Shown here: positions 13,065 to 22,980 of the stretch, piece after piece
Layout of the letters: every line of letters starts with the position of its first letter
Position numbering within the stretch: the first letter of the stretch is position 1
Notes under the pieces: generated by a model
What the model saw: only the letters and a program-made list of their open reading frames with translations
Told to the model about the DNA's origin: nothing
Databases searched by the model: none
Program-made: the position numbers and the translations under genes
DNA from: Cyanophora paradoxa CCMP329
Lineage: Eukaryota > Plantae > Glaucophyta
Direction: 5' to 3'
DNA: 64,000 nt
Assembly: GCA_004431415.1 (NCBI GenBank)
Contig: QPMI01000007.1
Coordinates: 1 to 64,000 of the forward strand

Positions 13065-16000
13065 ACCAACCCCCACCCCCCGCCCCAGCCCCAGCCCGCC
13101 CCAGCCCGCCCGCCCTGCCCCGCCCCGCCTTCGCCTCGCCCCGCCCCACCCCGCCCCACCCCGCCCCGGACGCCGCGCCGCGCCGAGCAGCGACTCATTA
13201 CGTCTTATGATTTCTGGGACTTAATATATCATTATGTTAATCCGAATTGCCGCTCCAGGTTGGAGACCCGCAGCAGCTGCCGGCGACGGTCTTCTCCCGC
13301 GCCGCCCAGCGCTACGCGTACGAGCAGAGCCTCTTCCAGCGATTAAAGGTAAGCTGCTTCGCTGACGATGATGATGGCCGACCTGCGTGCACGATGCCTA
13401 AACGAGCTCGCAGGATGCCGGTCACCCCACACTGCTTCTCGAAACTCAGTACCGCATGGTGCGCTTATTTTCCCTCTCTTATTTGTGAAATAAACGCCGA
13501 TTGCTTTGCGTGCGCAGCACCCCGCCATCCGGCAGTTTCCTTCCCAGCACTTCTACGAGGTCAGTAAATGGCTTGGACTAGAAAATCTGCAGTCGCGCCC
13601 CGACAAGCCCGCAGGGGCGGCTGCTCGACGCGGAAGCAGTCGCCCGGCGGTACGCCAGCGCCGGCGCCCACGCCCACGCGCCTCCGCCGGACGCGCCCTA
13701 CCTGCGGAGCGAGAACCAGGGCCTCTTCGGTCGGCTCCGGATCTCCTCGACCTGCCGCGCGGCTTCCTCGCTCATATACCCATCGCAGGGCCCTACACAT
13801 TCTTCGACGTCTCGCACGGCCGCAGCGCCCGCGGTCCGTCCCCTTAAGCTTTCGCGGCCTTTCTTGTCGCCGGCTCGGCTCACGGGGCTCGTGCGAAGGC
13901 GGCGGGACCTCGCTCCGCAACGAGGCGGAGGCCTCTCTGGCCGCCGAGATCGTCCGGCAGCTGTTCCGCCGGTTCCCGACCGTGCGCCCGCGGCGCACTT
14001 AAGCTTTTTCATGATTCAAACTTTATTTCGGCGGCGCTGACGGCGTCGGCCAGGTGGACTGGGAGGGCGCCAAGGACGGGGAGGGCCCCCGCATCGGCAT
14101 CATCACGCCGTACCGCCAGCAGCTGAACGAGGTCCGCCCTCCGTCTCGAAACTAGCGAGCGAAGACGCTGATCGGGCGTCTCCTCAGCTGCGAGACGCCC
14201 TGAGGCGGTCGATGGACGCGGGCGCCCTCAAGAAAGTCAGCATCAGCACCAGTGCGCGCGGCCGTTCCACGAGATTCGTTCAGTTCAGTGCGCCCTCGCC
14301 TCTGATTGCCTGCGGCAGTCGACGGGTTCCAGGGGCGCGAGAAGGACGTCATCATCTTCTCTGCCGTCCGCGCACACGGGCCCGTCCAGTCCGTCCTCCT
14401 CGCCCGCCCCTAAACTTTCCCAGTTTTCCTCGCCTGAGCTTCTCCTTGTCCGGCAGGGCGGGCCCGACCTCCATCGGCTTCGTCGCGGACATCCGCCGCA
14501 TGAACGTCGGGCTCACGCGCGCGCGGCACGCCCTCCTCGTCCTCGGCAGCGCCGCCTCGCTCGTGTCCAGGTCTGCCAAATCAAATAGAAATCCCCAAAA
14601 TACTATAACAAAATACTATGCTATACTAAAATATAAACCAAACTACGATACTATGCCCCCGCGCGCCGCTGCCGCCGCCGCGTCCCTCGTCTTAGCAGCG
14701 GGCAGCCCCGACTGGCGGGCCCTGGTCGAGGACGCGCGCCGGCGCTCCTGCGTCAAGTCCACCCCGGCCTCCTTCGCCTCCCTCTTCGACTCCCTGCCCC
14801 CGATCGCGCCCTCGTCCCGCCGGCCCGCGCAGCAGCAGCTGCAGCCCGAGGCCGCCGCCCGCGCCGAGGCGGCGGCGGCTGCGAGGCCCGACTCCGCCTC
14901 GGCCCGGCAGGGTGCATCCCCGCCTCCTCAGGCCTCAGTCCCCGAACGCGACGCTGCCCCGTCCGCCGCCTCTTCCGCCAGGACGTCGCCTCAGCCTCAG
15001 CCTCAGCCTGCGGCCCGGCCGGCCGCCGCGAAATCCGACGCCGCTCCTCCCGCTGCGCCCCCAGCTCAGAAGCCTCCGCAGCCTCGGGCCCCGGCCCGTC
15101 CAGCGCCCGCGAGAGTCGATCCCGACGCCGCCCCTCCCCCTCCTTCCGGCGCCTCTGTCCAGCGACCGCCGCCGCCCCAGCCTCAGCCCTCCACCCGCCC
15201 TGCAGCCGCCGCGTCCACCCCCTCTGCCTCCTCTTCTTCGTCTCGGCCGGCTCCGTCTCAGACGACTGGTCCGTCTGGCGGGACACGCGCGCCTCCAAAC
15301 GGACGGCCGGAAGGCAGCAGCAGCAGCAGCAGCGGCCGCGCGGCCGCCGGCGCCGGCGCCTCTCGCCCGACTGCAAGCTCCCAGGCGGCGCCGCCGCCGC
15401 CGCCGGCGAAGGCGTCGCTGCTTGCTGACATCCTCGGCGGCCTGAGCACGATCTCGGACCCGACCTCCGTCCCGCCGCCCGCGCCGGCCCCGCCGCCTCG
15501 GCCGCGAACGCTGGCCCCGCCCCGCCGGCACCGACCCGCCGGCCCCGCCCCGATGTGAGCGGCATGCTTTGGCTGACTTCCTACGAAGCTGACTCTTCGA
15601 CACAGGCCGCACCGTCACCCGAATGCCTTGAAGGCCAGCCGCGGGACTACGAAGGAACCTTCAAACGAGCTGCGAGGGCCATCGGCCCGCCGGCCCCGCC
15701 CCCGCCGGCGCCGCCTCCGCGAGCCCCGCCCCACCAGCCCCAGCCCCGCCGGGCCCGCCTCCACCGGCCCCGCCCCCGCGGGCGCCGCCCCCACCGGCCC
15801 CAGCCCCGCCGGCCCCGCCCCCGATGTACGCAACATGGTTTTTGCTTTCTTCCTATGGAGCTGACTCTTCGACGCAGGCCGCACCGACACCCGAATGCCT
15901 TGAAGGCTAGCCATGGGCCTTCGAAGGAACCGTCGAAAGAGCCGCAAGGGCCATCGTCTAGCGCCCGCGGCGACGGGAGCGCGGCGAACGCTTCTTCAAG

Positions 16001-16580
16001 AGAGCCAAGGGCCGAGGACCGGGGCGCGGGGGAGCAGAGAAGGCCGAGGCCGGAAGAGCATGACAGGCGGCAGGAAAAGGAGAGCGGCACTGGCTCCAGC
16101 GGGCGCAGCGACGATCGGCCACGGCCGGACAGCAGCGGCGGCGGGAGGGACGCGGGCCCTCGGCGGGACGGAGGAGGGAGGGACGACGGGTCCAGGACGT
16201 GGAGGGAGCGAGAGGGCGGATCCCGGAGGGACGGCCCTGCTTATCCGGACCGGCAGGAGGACAAGCGCAGGCGCGAGGGCTCCAGATCCCCGGGCCGGAC
16301 TCGCGATGTCCGGGACGATCGGGGGGGGCGAGACCACCGGGGTAGAGACGATCGGGGACGGCATCACGACCGGGACGACCGGCGGAGGCGAGACGAGCGG
16401 GACGACGGGTACAGGAGGGGCGGCTCAGCCGATCGGGACCGGCGCGATCGCGACGACAGGGACGGCGGGCGCCGCGGGGGGGCGGAAGACCGGAGGGCGG
16501 CGGCAGACGGCGGGCACAAGCGGCACGGAGGCTTCGGCGGCCCTGAAACTAAGCGGCCCAGGCCTGAAGAAAGGCGATGA
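5774..16580 (+). CDS. SEN1: Sen1/senataxin-like SF1 (UPF1-family) RNA/DNA helicase, multi-exon
   Basis: Sen1 N-terminal signature HWYC...QLSRCTTCVDVY. Helicase motifs: FNESQ, LLQ|GPPGTGKT, RILVCAPSNAAIDEL, VVCATLSGS, VIDEAAQSVEPSSLIPL, VGDPQQLPATV, SLFQRL, QYRM|HPAIRQFPS, IITPYRQQ, VDGFQGREKDVII, RRMNVGLTRA. Pro-rich and RD-rich C-terminal tail ending at TGA 16578-16580. Confidence 0.92.
12975..13170 (+). repeat. Poly-C tract inside a Sen1 intron, flanked by AT-rich patches
   Basis: C runs of more than 30 nt and CCCCG repeats; AT-rich flanks at about 12873-12960 and 13195-13250. Confidence 0.85.
15543..15957 (+). repeat. Diverged tandem duplication of an intron+exon unit in the Sen1 3' region
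   Basis: CCCCGATGT...GCTGACTCTTCGAC(A/G)CAGGCCGCACCG.CACCCGAATGCCTTGAAGGC.AGCC...GAAGGAACC...GGGCCATCG occurs at about 15545-15685 and about 15815-15957. Confidence 0.85.
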
Positions 16581-16599
16581 TGCTCGGCACCTCCATGTC

Positions 16600-16905
16600 C
16601 TCCCCCCGCTCCTTCAAGGCTTCCCTCCCTCCCTCCCTCCCCCTCCCCCCGCCCCCTCCCCCCTTCCTCCGCCCCCTCCCTCCGCCTCCACTCCCCCTAT
16701 GGCCACTCCCTCCCTCCCTCCGCGCCTCCTCCCACTAACCCCGACTACTCCCCCCTTCCCCCCTCTCCCTCCCCCCTCCCCTCCATCTCCCCCCCCCCTT
16801 TTCCCCGCCTCCTTCACCTCGTATCGCCTCCCATTAGCCAGTCCTCCGGCCCTCCTCCCACCATCCCCTTTCCCTCTGCCTCCTTCCCCTCTTGCCTTCC
16901 TGCCC
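16600..16905 (+). repeat. C/T-rich low-complexity tract downstream of Sen1
   Basis: Almost purely pyrimidine CCCT/CCCC runs. Confidence 0.85.
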
Positions 16906-17676
16906 CGGGCCGGGCCCGCCGGCCCTCCCTGCAGCTGGGAAGCCGGCCCTTGTTACGGCAGGGGTGATTCGAGCCTAGCCAAATCCAGCGCCAAGCTAGT
17001 CTGATCATGATACGTTCCGTCTACGTAGCCTACTGGTGAAGATACTCGCCTTTCGTGACACCCTACACTCTCCGCCTCCGCCGCTGCCGCCGCCACCGAG
17101 GGATCGATATCACGGCCCTGGCGAGCCCACGGGGCCTCGTCGACGTCGCTTAAGCTTGCCGGAGCTGCCGGCTCAGCGGCTGCGAGCTTTAGGTAGAAGC
17201 ACTCGAAACTAAGCTCTGCTTTTTAAAATCTAGATCTTCATCTAGATCTTTTATTCCGCGAGGATTAGCTATAGCACTCGAGACGTCGACGTCGGCGCAA
17301 AGCAGCTGGAGCAACTGGAGCAGCTGGGAGTCTTGTACTGCGCATGCGCATGCTAGCTGGAGCAGCGCGGGCGCAAATTAATCTCCAGTACTATAGCTAG
17401 TGGGCCAGTCTAGCTGCAGCTATATATAGCTAGCGTTGGCTCGAGCTCGGCAGGCCGTCGTCGGGCAGGCCGTCCGCGGCCGGATCCGATGATCTGTTAA
17501 GGTCGCTCCGGATCCCCTACCGAACCCGACGACGTCGACCCGGCCACGAGGCTGGGGGGGGGGGGGGGGGGACTCCGGGGGGGGGAAGATGGGGGGGGGA
17601 GGATCGCTGTCGACGTCCTCGGCGCGCGTCGCGACCGACTGCGACATATATATATACGCATCGACTGCGACGGGAT

Positions 17677-17780
17677 CATGGCGCCAGTGGCGGCGCCTGG
17701 CGCTACGTATACGCCGGCGGCGCCCGGCGCGCGTCGGGCGTATATGCGCAGACGCAGCGCCAGGCGCCGCTGGCGCCATG
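17677..17780. repeat. About 100-bp inverted-repeat hairpin just upstream of the ABCG start codon
   Basis: CATGGCGCCAGTGGCGGCGCCTGGCGCT (17677-17704) pairs with AGCGCCAGGCGCCGCTGGCGCCATG (17756-17780) with one small bulge. The inner TATACGCC/GGCGTATA also pair. Confidence 0.8.
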
Positions 17781-17823
17781 CAGCTGACCACCGCGGTTGC
17801 GCTGCGCATCGCGCCACCGTCCG

Positions 17824-20800
17824 ATGGGCACAGAGCGAGCCCCCGGCGGCAGCAGCTACGAGGTCGCCATGGACGCTCTCGCGTGGAGAGACATCAGCTA
17901 CGAGGTAGCGCTGCCTGGAGGTTTGTTTGAAAGAAACAAAAAGACGGGGTCCAAGCAGATCCTGCGCGACGTCTCAGGCTTCGCCCGCGCGGGTGCTCGA
18001 CGAGCTGCGCGTGCCGAGCCCTTCGGTCCTTCCCTTACATCTAGCGCGTGCAGGCGAGATTCTGGCCATCATGGGTCCCTCCGGCAGCGGGTGCGCACCG
18101 CCATAGCGAGCAGCGAAGGAGCGCGGTTGACGCCGGCTCCTTCGCAGAAAGAGCTCCTTGCTGGACATTCTCGCGTCCCGCAAGGTCCTTTTCGCCTCTC
18201 GACCGCATGCTTTCTTTCCCGACGCCCGCAGCAGAACACGGGCAAGGTCACGGGACAGATCCTGCTCGACGGAGCGCCATGCGTGACGACCGCGACGCGG
18301 GCGGCGAGCGGCTCCGTCAGCCGCGCGTACGCGCGCAAGTCCGCGTACATCCTGCAGGTCCGCCTTGCATCCGCGCGGCACGTTCCCCCGCGCTTCCGCC
18401 GAACATTTGATCCGCAGGACGACACGCTGTACGAGCACCTGACAGTTCGGGAGACGCTCGTCTTCAGCGCACAGCTGCGGCTCCCGGAATCGCTTCCGAG
18501 CGCGGAAAAGCTGAAGCGAGTGGACGAGGTTATGCGCAGCCTCGGCATTCAGAAGGTTGCGGACACAAAGGTCGGCGGGCCCTTCGTGCGCGGCGTCTCC
18601 GGCGGTGCATTCCCGCGCGGCCGACTCTTTTCCGCGTCCCGCTGACGACGCCCGCGCCCAGGCGAGCGCAAACGCGTCTCCATCGGCTGCGAGCTCCTGA
18701 AGCGGCCGCTTCTCCTCCTGCTCGACGAGCCGACGAGGTTCACGCGCGCGTACCCCGCCGCCAGCCCGCCCCCCTCTCCGCGCATTTTCCTCTCCAAACC
18801 CGCCCGCAGCGGCCTCAGCTCGTCGGACGCCCGCACGGTTCTTAAGATCCTCCGCACCGTCCGCGCCACTGTACCGCCCTCCGTTCCTTCCCCCTGTTGA
18901 CCCGCTACCCCCCAGATGGCGGCCTCCGGCCACGCGATCGTGACGACCATCCACCAGCCCTCCGCTCAGCTCTACACGTGCGAGTACCCCCCTTGGCACG
19001 GAGTCCGGGATCCCCCCCCCCTCACGTCCGGGTACAGCATGTTCGACCGGGTCATGCTTCTCTCTCGCGGCCGGACAGCCTATTTCGGGCCGGCCCGCCG
19101 CGCCGTGGCTCATTTCGAAGGCCTCGGCATCTCCAGCGGGGTCCAGGCAAGTCTATTTCTCCTGTTGTACCCCCTTCCTGTATTCTCACATTCCCCCTTT
19201 CATCAGATGAACGCGGCCGAGTTTCTGCTGGATGCCGTCTCTACCCCCTACCAGCAGAACGCCATCGTCTTCAAGCCTACGAGCCTGGTACCTCTCCCGC
19301 TTTCCCTCCTCTCCTCTCCGTTTTCTCAAACCTTGGGTTTTGTTTCGCCGCAGGACGGCGATGGGGACCCTGAGGCGGTGCGGGTCGTCGAAATTGTCGA
19401 GGACCTGAGCTCGGTACCCCTCCCGAGCCCCGTGCCAATTCGTACCCCCTCGACGAACCGTCCTTCTAGGAGCCGGCGGCGGAGAAGGACCTCGTCGAGA
19501 CGGCAACTACGCTGGCGGAGCGGTTCGTCGCCTCGCCCGCCGGGCACGAAGCCGCCGTCGAGGCGCGCCGTACCCCCTCGTCCTCACCCCCCCTCCCCTT
19601 CTCCTTCCTCTTATCGCTCGCAACAACAGCTGGAGTCTCTCGCGCCGCGGATCCCGAGCTCGACGCCCAAGTGACCCCTACCCCCCGCTCCACGCTCCCG
19701 TACCCCCCTCCTCAGCTGACTCGCCTCTCTCCTAGGACTTCGCGCATGTCGCGCTACGTCGTGTCCCGCCTGACCCAGGTCCGGCCCCCCGCCCCCCCGC
19801 CCACCCGGCCGCAAGGGAAGGGACGCCGCCGGGCCCGCCCCACCTGGCTCACCTGACTCAGATCCGCGTCGTGGCCCGCCGGGACTTCATCATGTGGCTC
19901 CGCGGTGCGGGCCCCCCCCCCCCCCCCCCGGCCCCGCCCCGCCCTGCCCCGCCTACTCAACCTCTTCTCCTCGCACAGACCCGAACCTCTTCCTGGCGGT
20001 GGTGTTCCAGGGTGTCTTCCTGGGGGTGCTGGCGGCGTCGAGCTCGCGGGGGCCTGGCGGGGCGACCACGGAGATGCTGCGCTACCAGCTCCTCTTCTTC
20101 CTCGCCGTCATGGTCCGCCCGCCCTTGTTCTTAAGAACTCCTAAGAGAAATCGCACAAGAATTCTTAAGAGAAAACGCACAAGAAGTACTAGAACTCTTA
20201 GAAGGGACCCTTCTTCTTCTTCCTCGCCGTCATGGTGCGTCCGCGCTCTCTCTCCTCTCTTCGCTGCGCCTCGCCGTGCTGGTAGTGGTGGTGGTTCACG
20301 AGTCGGGTCTCCCTTCATCCCTAGCACTCGAGTGAAGCACGAATCGGCGCTGGCGCCGGTGGTCCCTAGCATTCATCTAGCTCCCCCGCCAGTGGGCGCC
20401 AGTGCGCCAGTGCGAGTCGGCGCTGACGCCCGGCCGATCTAGCGGTGGCTCTGCCCCCTTGACCAACCCACGCCCGCCCGCCCGCGCGCGCGCCCCCCCC
20501 CGCAGATCGTGTTCAGCTTCATCACGTGCATGGACCCGCTGATCCGGGAGCGGGGCCTGCTGCACCGCGAGCACGCGGCGGGGGCCTACTCCGTCGGCGC
20601 CTTCTTCACCGCGAAGACGGTCCGCCCCCCGCCCTCCGCCCTCCCGCCCGTGACCCTCGAGAGGGAGAGGGCAAAGCGGCGCGCCCCGCGCGCGGCTCGC
20701 CGTTCCCTGGCCCTCCTAGGAGGAGAAGCAGACGAGAAAGACAGGCGGAGCAGGGAGCTAACTGTCCCAAGGATAGGGGGCGCGTCGGCGTGCCTTGCAG

Positions 20801-21779
20801 TGTCCCGCCGCCCAGCTCCCTCCCTCCCTCCCTCCCTCCCTCACGCGCCCCCCGCCCCCGCCCCCGCCCCCTCCCCGCAGATCTCGAGCTTCCTCCAGTA
20901 CTCCGTCTCCAACATCCCTTTCACCCTCAGTGCGCCCCGCCCCGCCCCGCCCGCTCAGATAACGTCTGATCCGATCCGATCCGACCTGACCGGCCCCGGC
21001 AGTCTGCATCTACCTCGGGAACCTCAACATGAGCAGCGGGGCCGTCGGATGTGCGCCGCCCCTTGCCTGCCTGCGCTCAAGCTTACGCTCTGGTCTGGGC
21101 TCCTGAGCTCACTCATCCTCTCCCCCCTCTCCCGCCCTTCCAGACTTCATGCTCTGGACCGTCATCGTCAGCAACTGCAGTGCCGCCCTTACAGAGTTCT
21201 GCGCAGCCATCTCAAAAAGTCCGTACCCCCCCCCGCCATCTTCTTCCCCCTACTCTTAGTTACATGTACCCCCCGCCAGACATGGGGCTGGCCTTCCTCT
21301 GGTCTAACGCCTTTATGGGCCTCGCGTTCATGTTCGGCGGGTTCCTCGTACCCCGCCACCAGATCCCCGCCTACTGTGCGCCGTGCCGTACCCCTTTTGC
21401 CCCTCCCCCGGACTCCCGCTGACTGTACCCGCAGGGATCTGGATCTACTACACTTCGTTCTTCACGTACGCGTTCAGCGGGGCGATGGTGCGTTTGGGGT
21501 ACCCCTCCCCCGTCCGTCCCTCCCCGGCTTGAGGCGGGGGTACAGGTGAACGAGTTCGATCGCCCGACGAACGTCGGCGAGACCCCCCCGCTCGAGCTCT
21601 TCGGCCTCGTCGACGTGCCCGTCATCGGCGACAAGCGCGTACCCCCCTCGAAAACCCCGTACCCCCCTCCTAACTTCGTTCGCAGGTGGGCGGACCTCGG
21701 GATCGTGTGCATCTTCTGGGCCGCCTTTCGCGTCTTGACCTGGGTCGCCCTCCGCTACCTCCACAAGGAGCGCCGCTGA
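17824..21779 (+). CDS. ABCG (White-family) half ABC transporter, NBD-TMD order
   Basis: LAWRDISY, ILRDVSG, AIMGPSGSG|KSSLLDIL (Walker A), LTVRETLVFSAQLRL, RGVSGG|ERKRVSIGCEL, LLLDEPT|SGL, IVTTIHQPS, ERGLLHREHAAGAYS, MFGGFLVPRHQIP, ending RYLHKERR*. Confidence 0.93.
20093..20236 (+). repeat. 22-bp direct repeat (exon end plus donor) flanking an AT-rich insert of about 100 bp
   Basis: TCTTCTTCCTCGCCGTCATGGT at 20093-20114 and 20215-20236. The spacer contains TAAGAGAAA.CGCACAAGAA twice. Confidence 0.85.
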
Positions 21780-22980
21780 GCGCCGGCGGGCGGTCGCGCT
21801 CATTAGCCGTAACTTCATTCTAACGGCCATTGCTGCTCTATTTCGTTGGTAGACAATCCGTTGTATCTTGTGCCGCAAGCCGCGAGCCCCGGCGCGTTCG
21901 ACCGTCGGACTCTCAATTGCGATGATTCGGAATTCTTTCGCCTGTCGTTGCTTTGATTCGCTGCAGCGCTAGCGCCAAGGCGCTACCCCGTTTTCCCAAT
22001 AGGGTAGGGAGCCCTGAGGTATTGCTCACATTAGATTAGTACGTTTACATAACTTAGTAACTGATAAATTAGTAATACAGAAACGATTTGCAGCCCGACC
22101 CGTTCGATGAACGCCACTTCGGATCCTGTTCAGACGCGATTTCTACAGCTAGTGCGGGGCTGCGGCCGGCGCCCCGCGGCCTGCGAGCTCGAGTGTCAAA
22201 CGCAGACCCCGGGCCTCGCATATATGCATCGGCGCGGGCGCCGCCGGCGCGCGCCGGCGCCGGCCGACTCAAGCACCGCGGCCGGAGCCTCCGGATCCGG
22301 TCCGTGGCGCCGCCTGCAGCTGATCGATATCACGAAGGCATTGAAGGCAATTCGCGAGGGGTACAAGGCGCGATCCGAGCTTGTTGCATTCTGGCCCGCT
22401 GCTCACCGAGTAACTGCCGCGAGCTCAGCGGCTAATCAGCGCACAAGCAACGCATCGGTTGTGAGTCGGTGACCTCGCCCGCCGCTTCGACCGCGTTTCG
22501 GCAGCGGCGCGCTGATCGGCCGCGCGCGGCCGCGCGGCGGCCGCGGGTGCACGTGGGCGCCGCGCCCGCAGCGTTAGCTATAGCGGGACGAACTTCGGGA
22601 GACTCGGAGCGCCTCACACATCCTAGACCTCCAGCGATCCCGAGTGGATTCCCTCGGCGCTCGCCCGGCCTGCAGCTGTTTGAATCAACTGCAAGTCGCG
22701 CGCGCGCGGCGCGTGGCCGCGCGCGGTCCGACGGTCGGTACTGCCGCGCGCAGCTGCTGCTGCAGCAAACACCGACGAGCGAGCCCGGCTCCCAACCTCG
22801 ACCGCCCCCCGCAGCCGGTGTCGCGCACGGCCGCGGGCGCCGCGCGCGCTGGCGCGCAACTTGCGGCGCAAGCGAGCCTCTATCTTGGAGCAGCCGCTGA
22901 GCCGCTGAGCTCCGCAGCGCTAGCTATAGCTATAAGCTCACAGACGTCGGCACGTGAACGCGTTCAGCGGCTGCAGCTTC

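Noticed and set aside
22107-22472. Possible gene fragment (LIDITKALKAIREGY...)
   Set aside because: No recognisable domain and no convincing exon chain.
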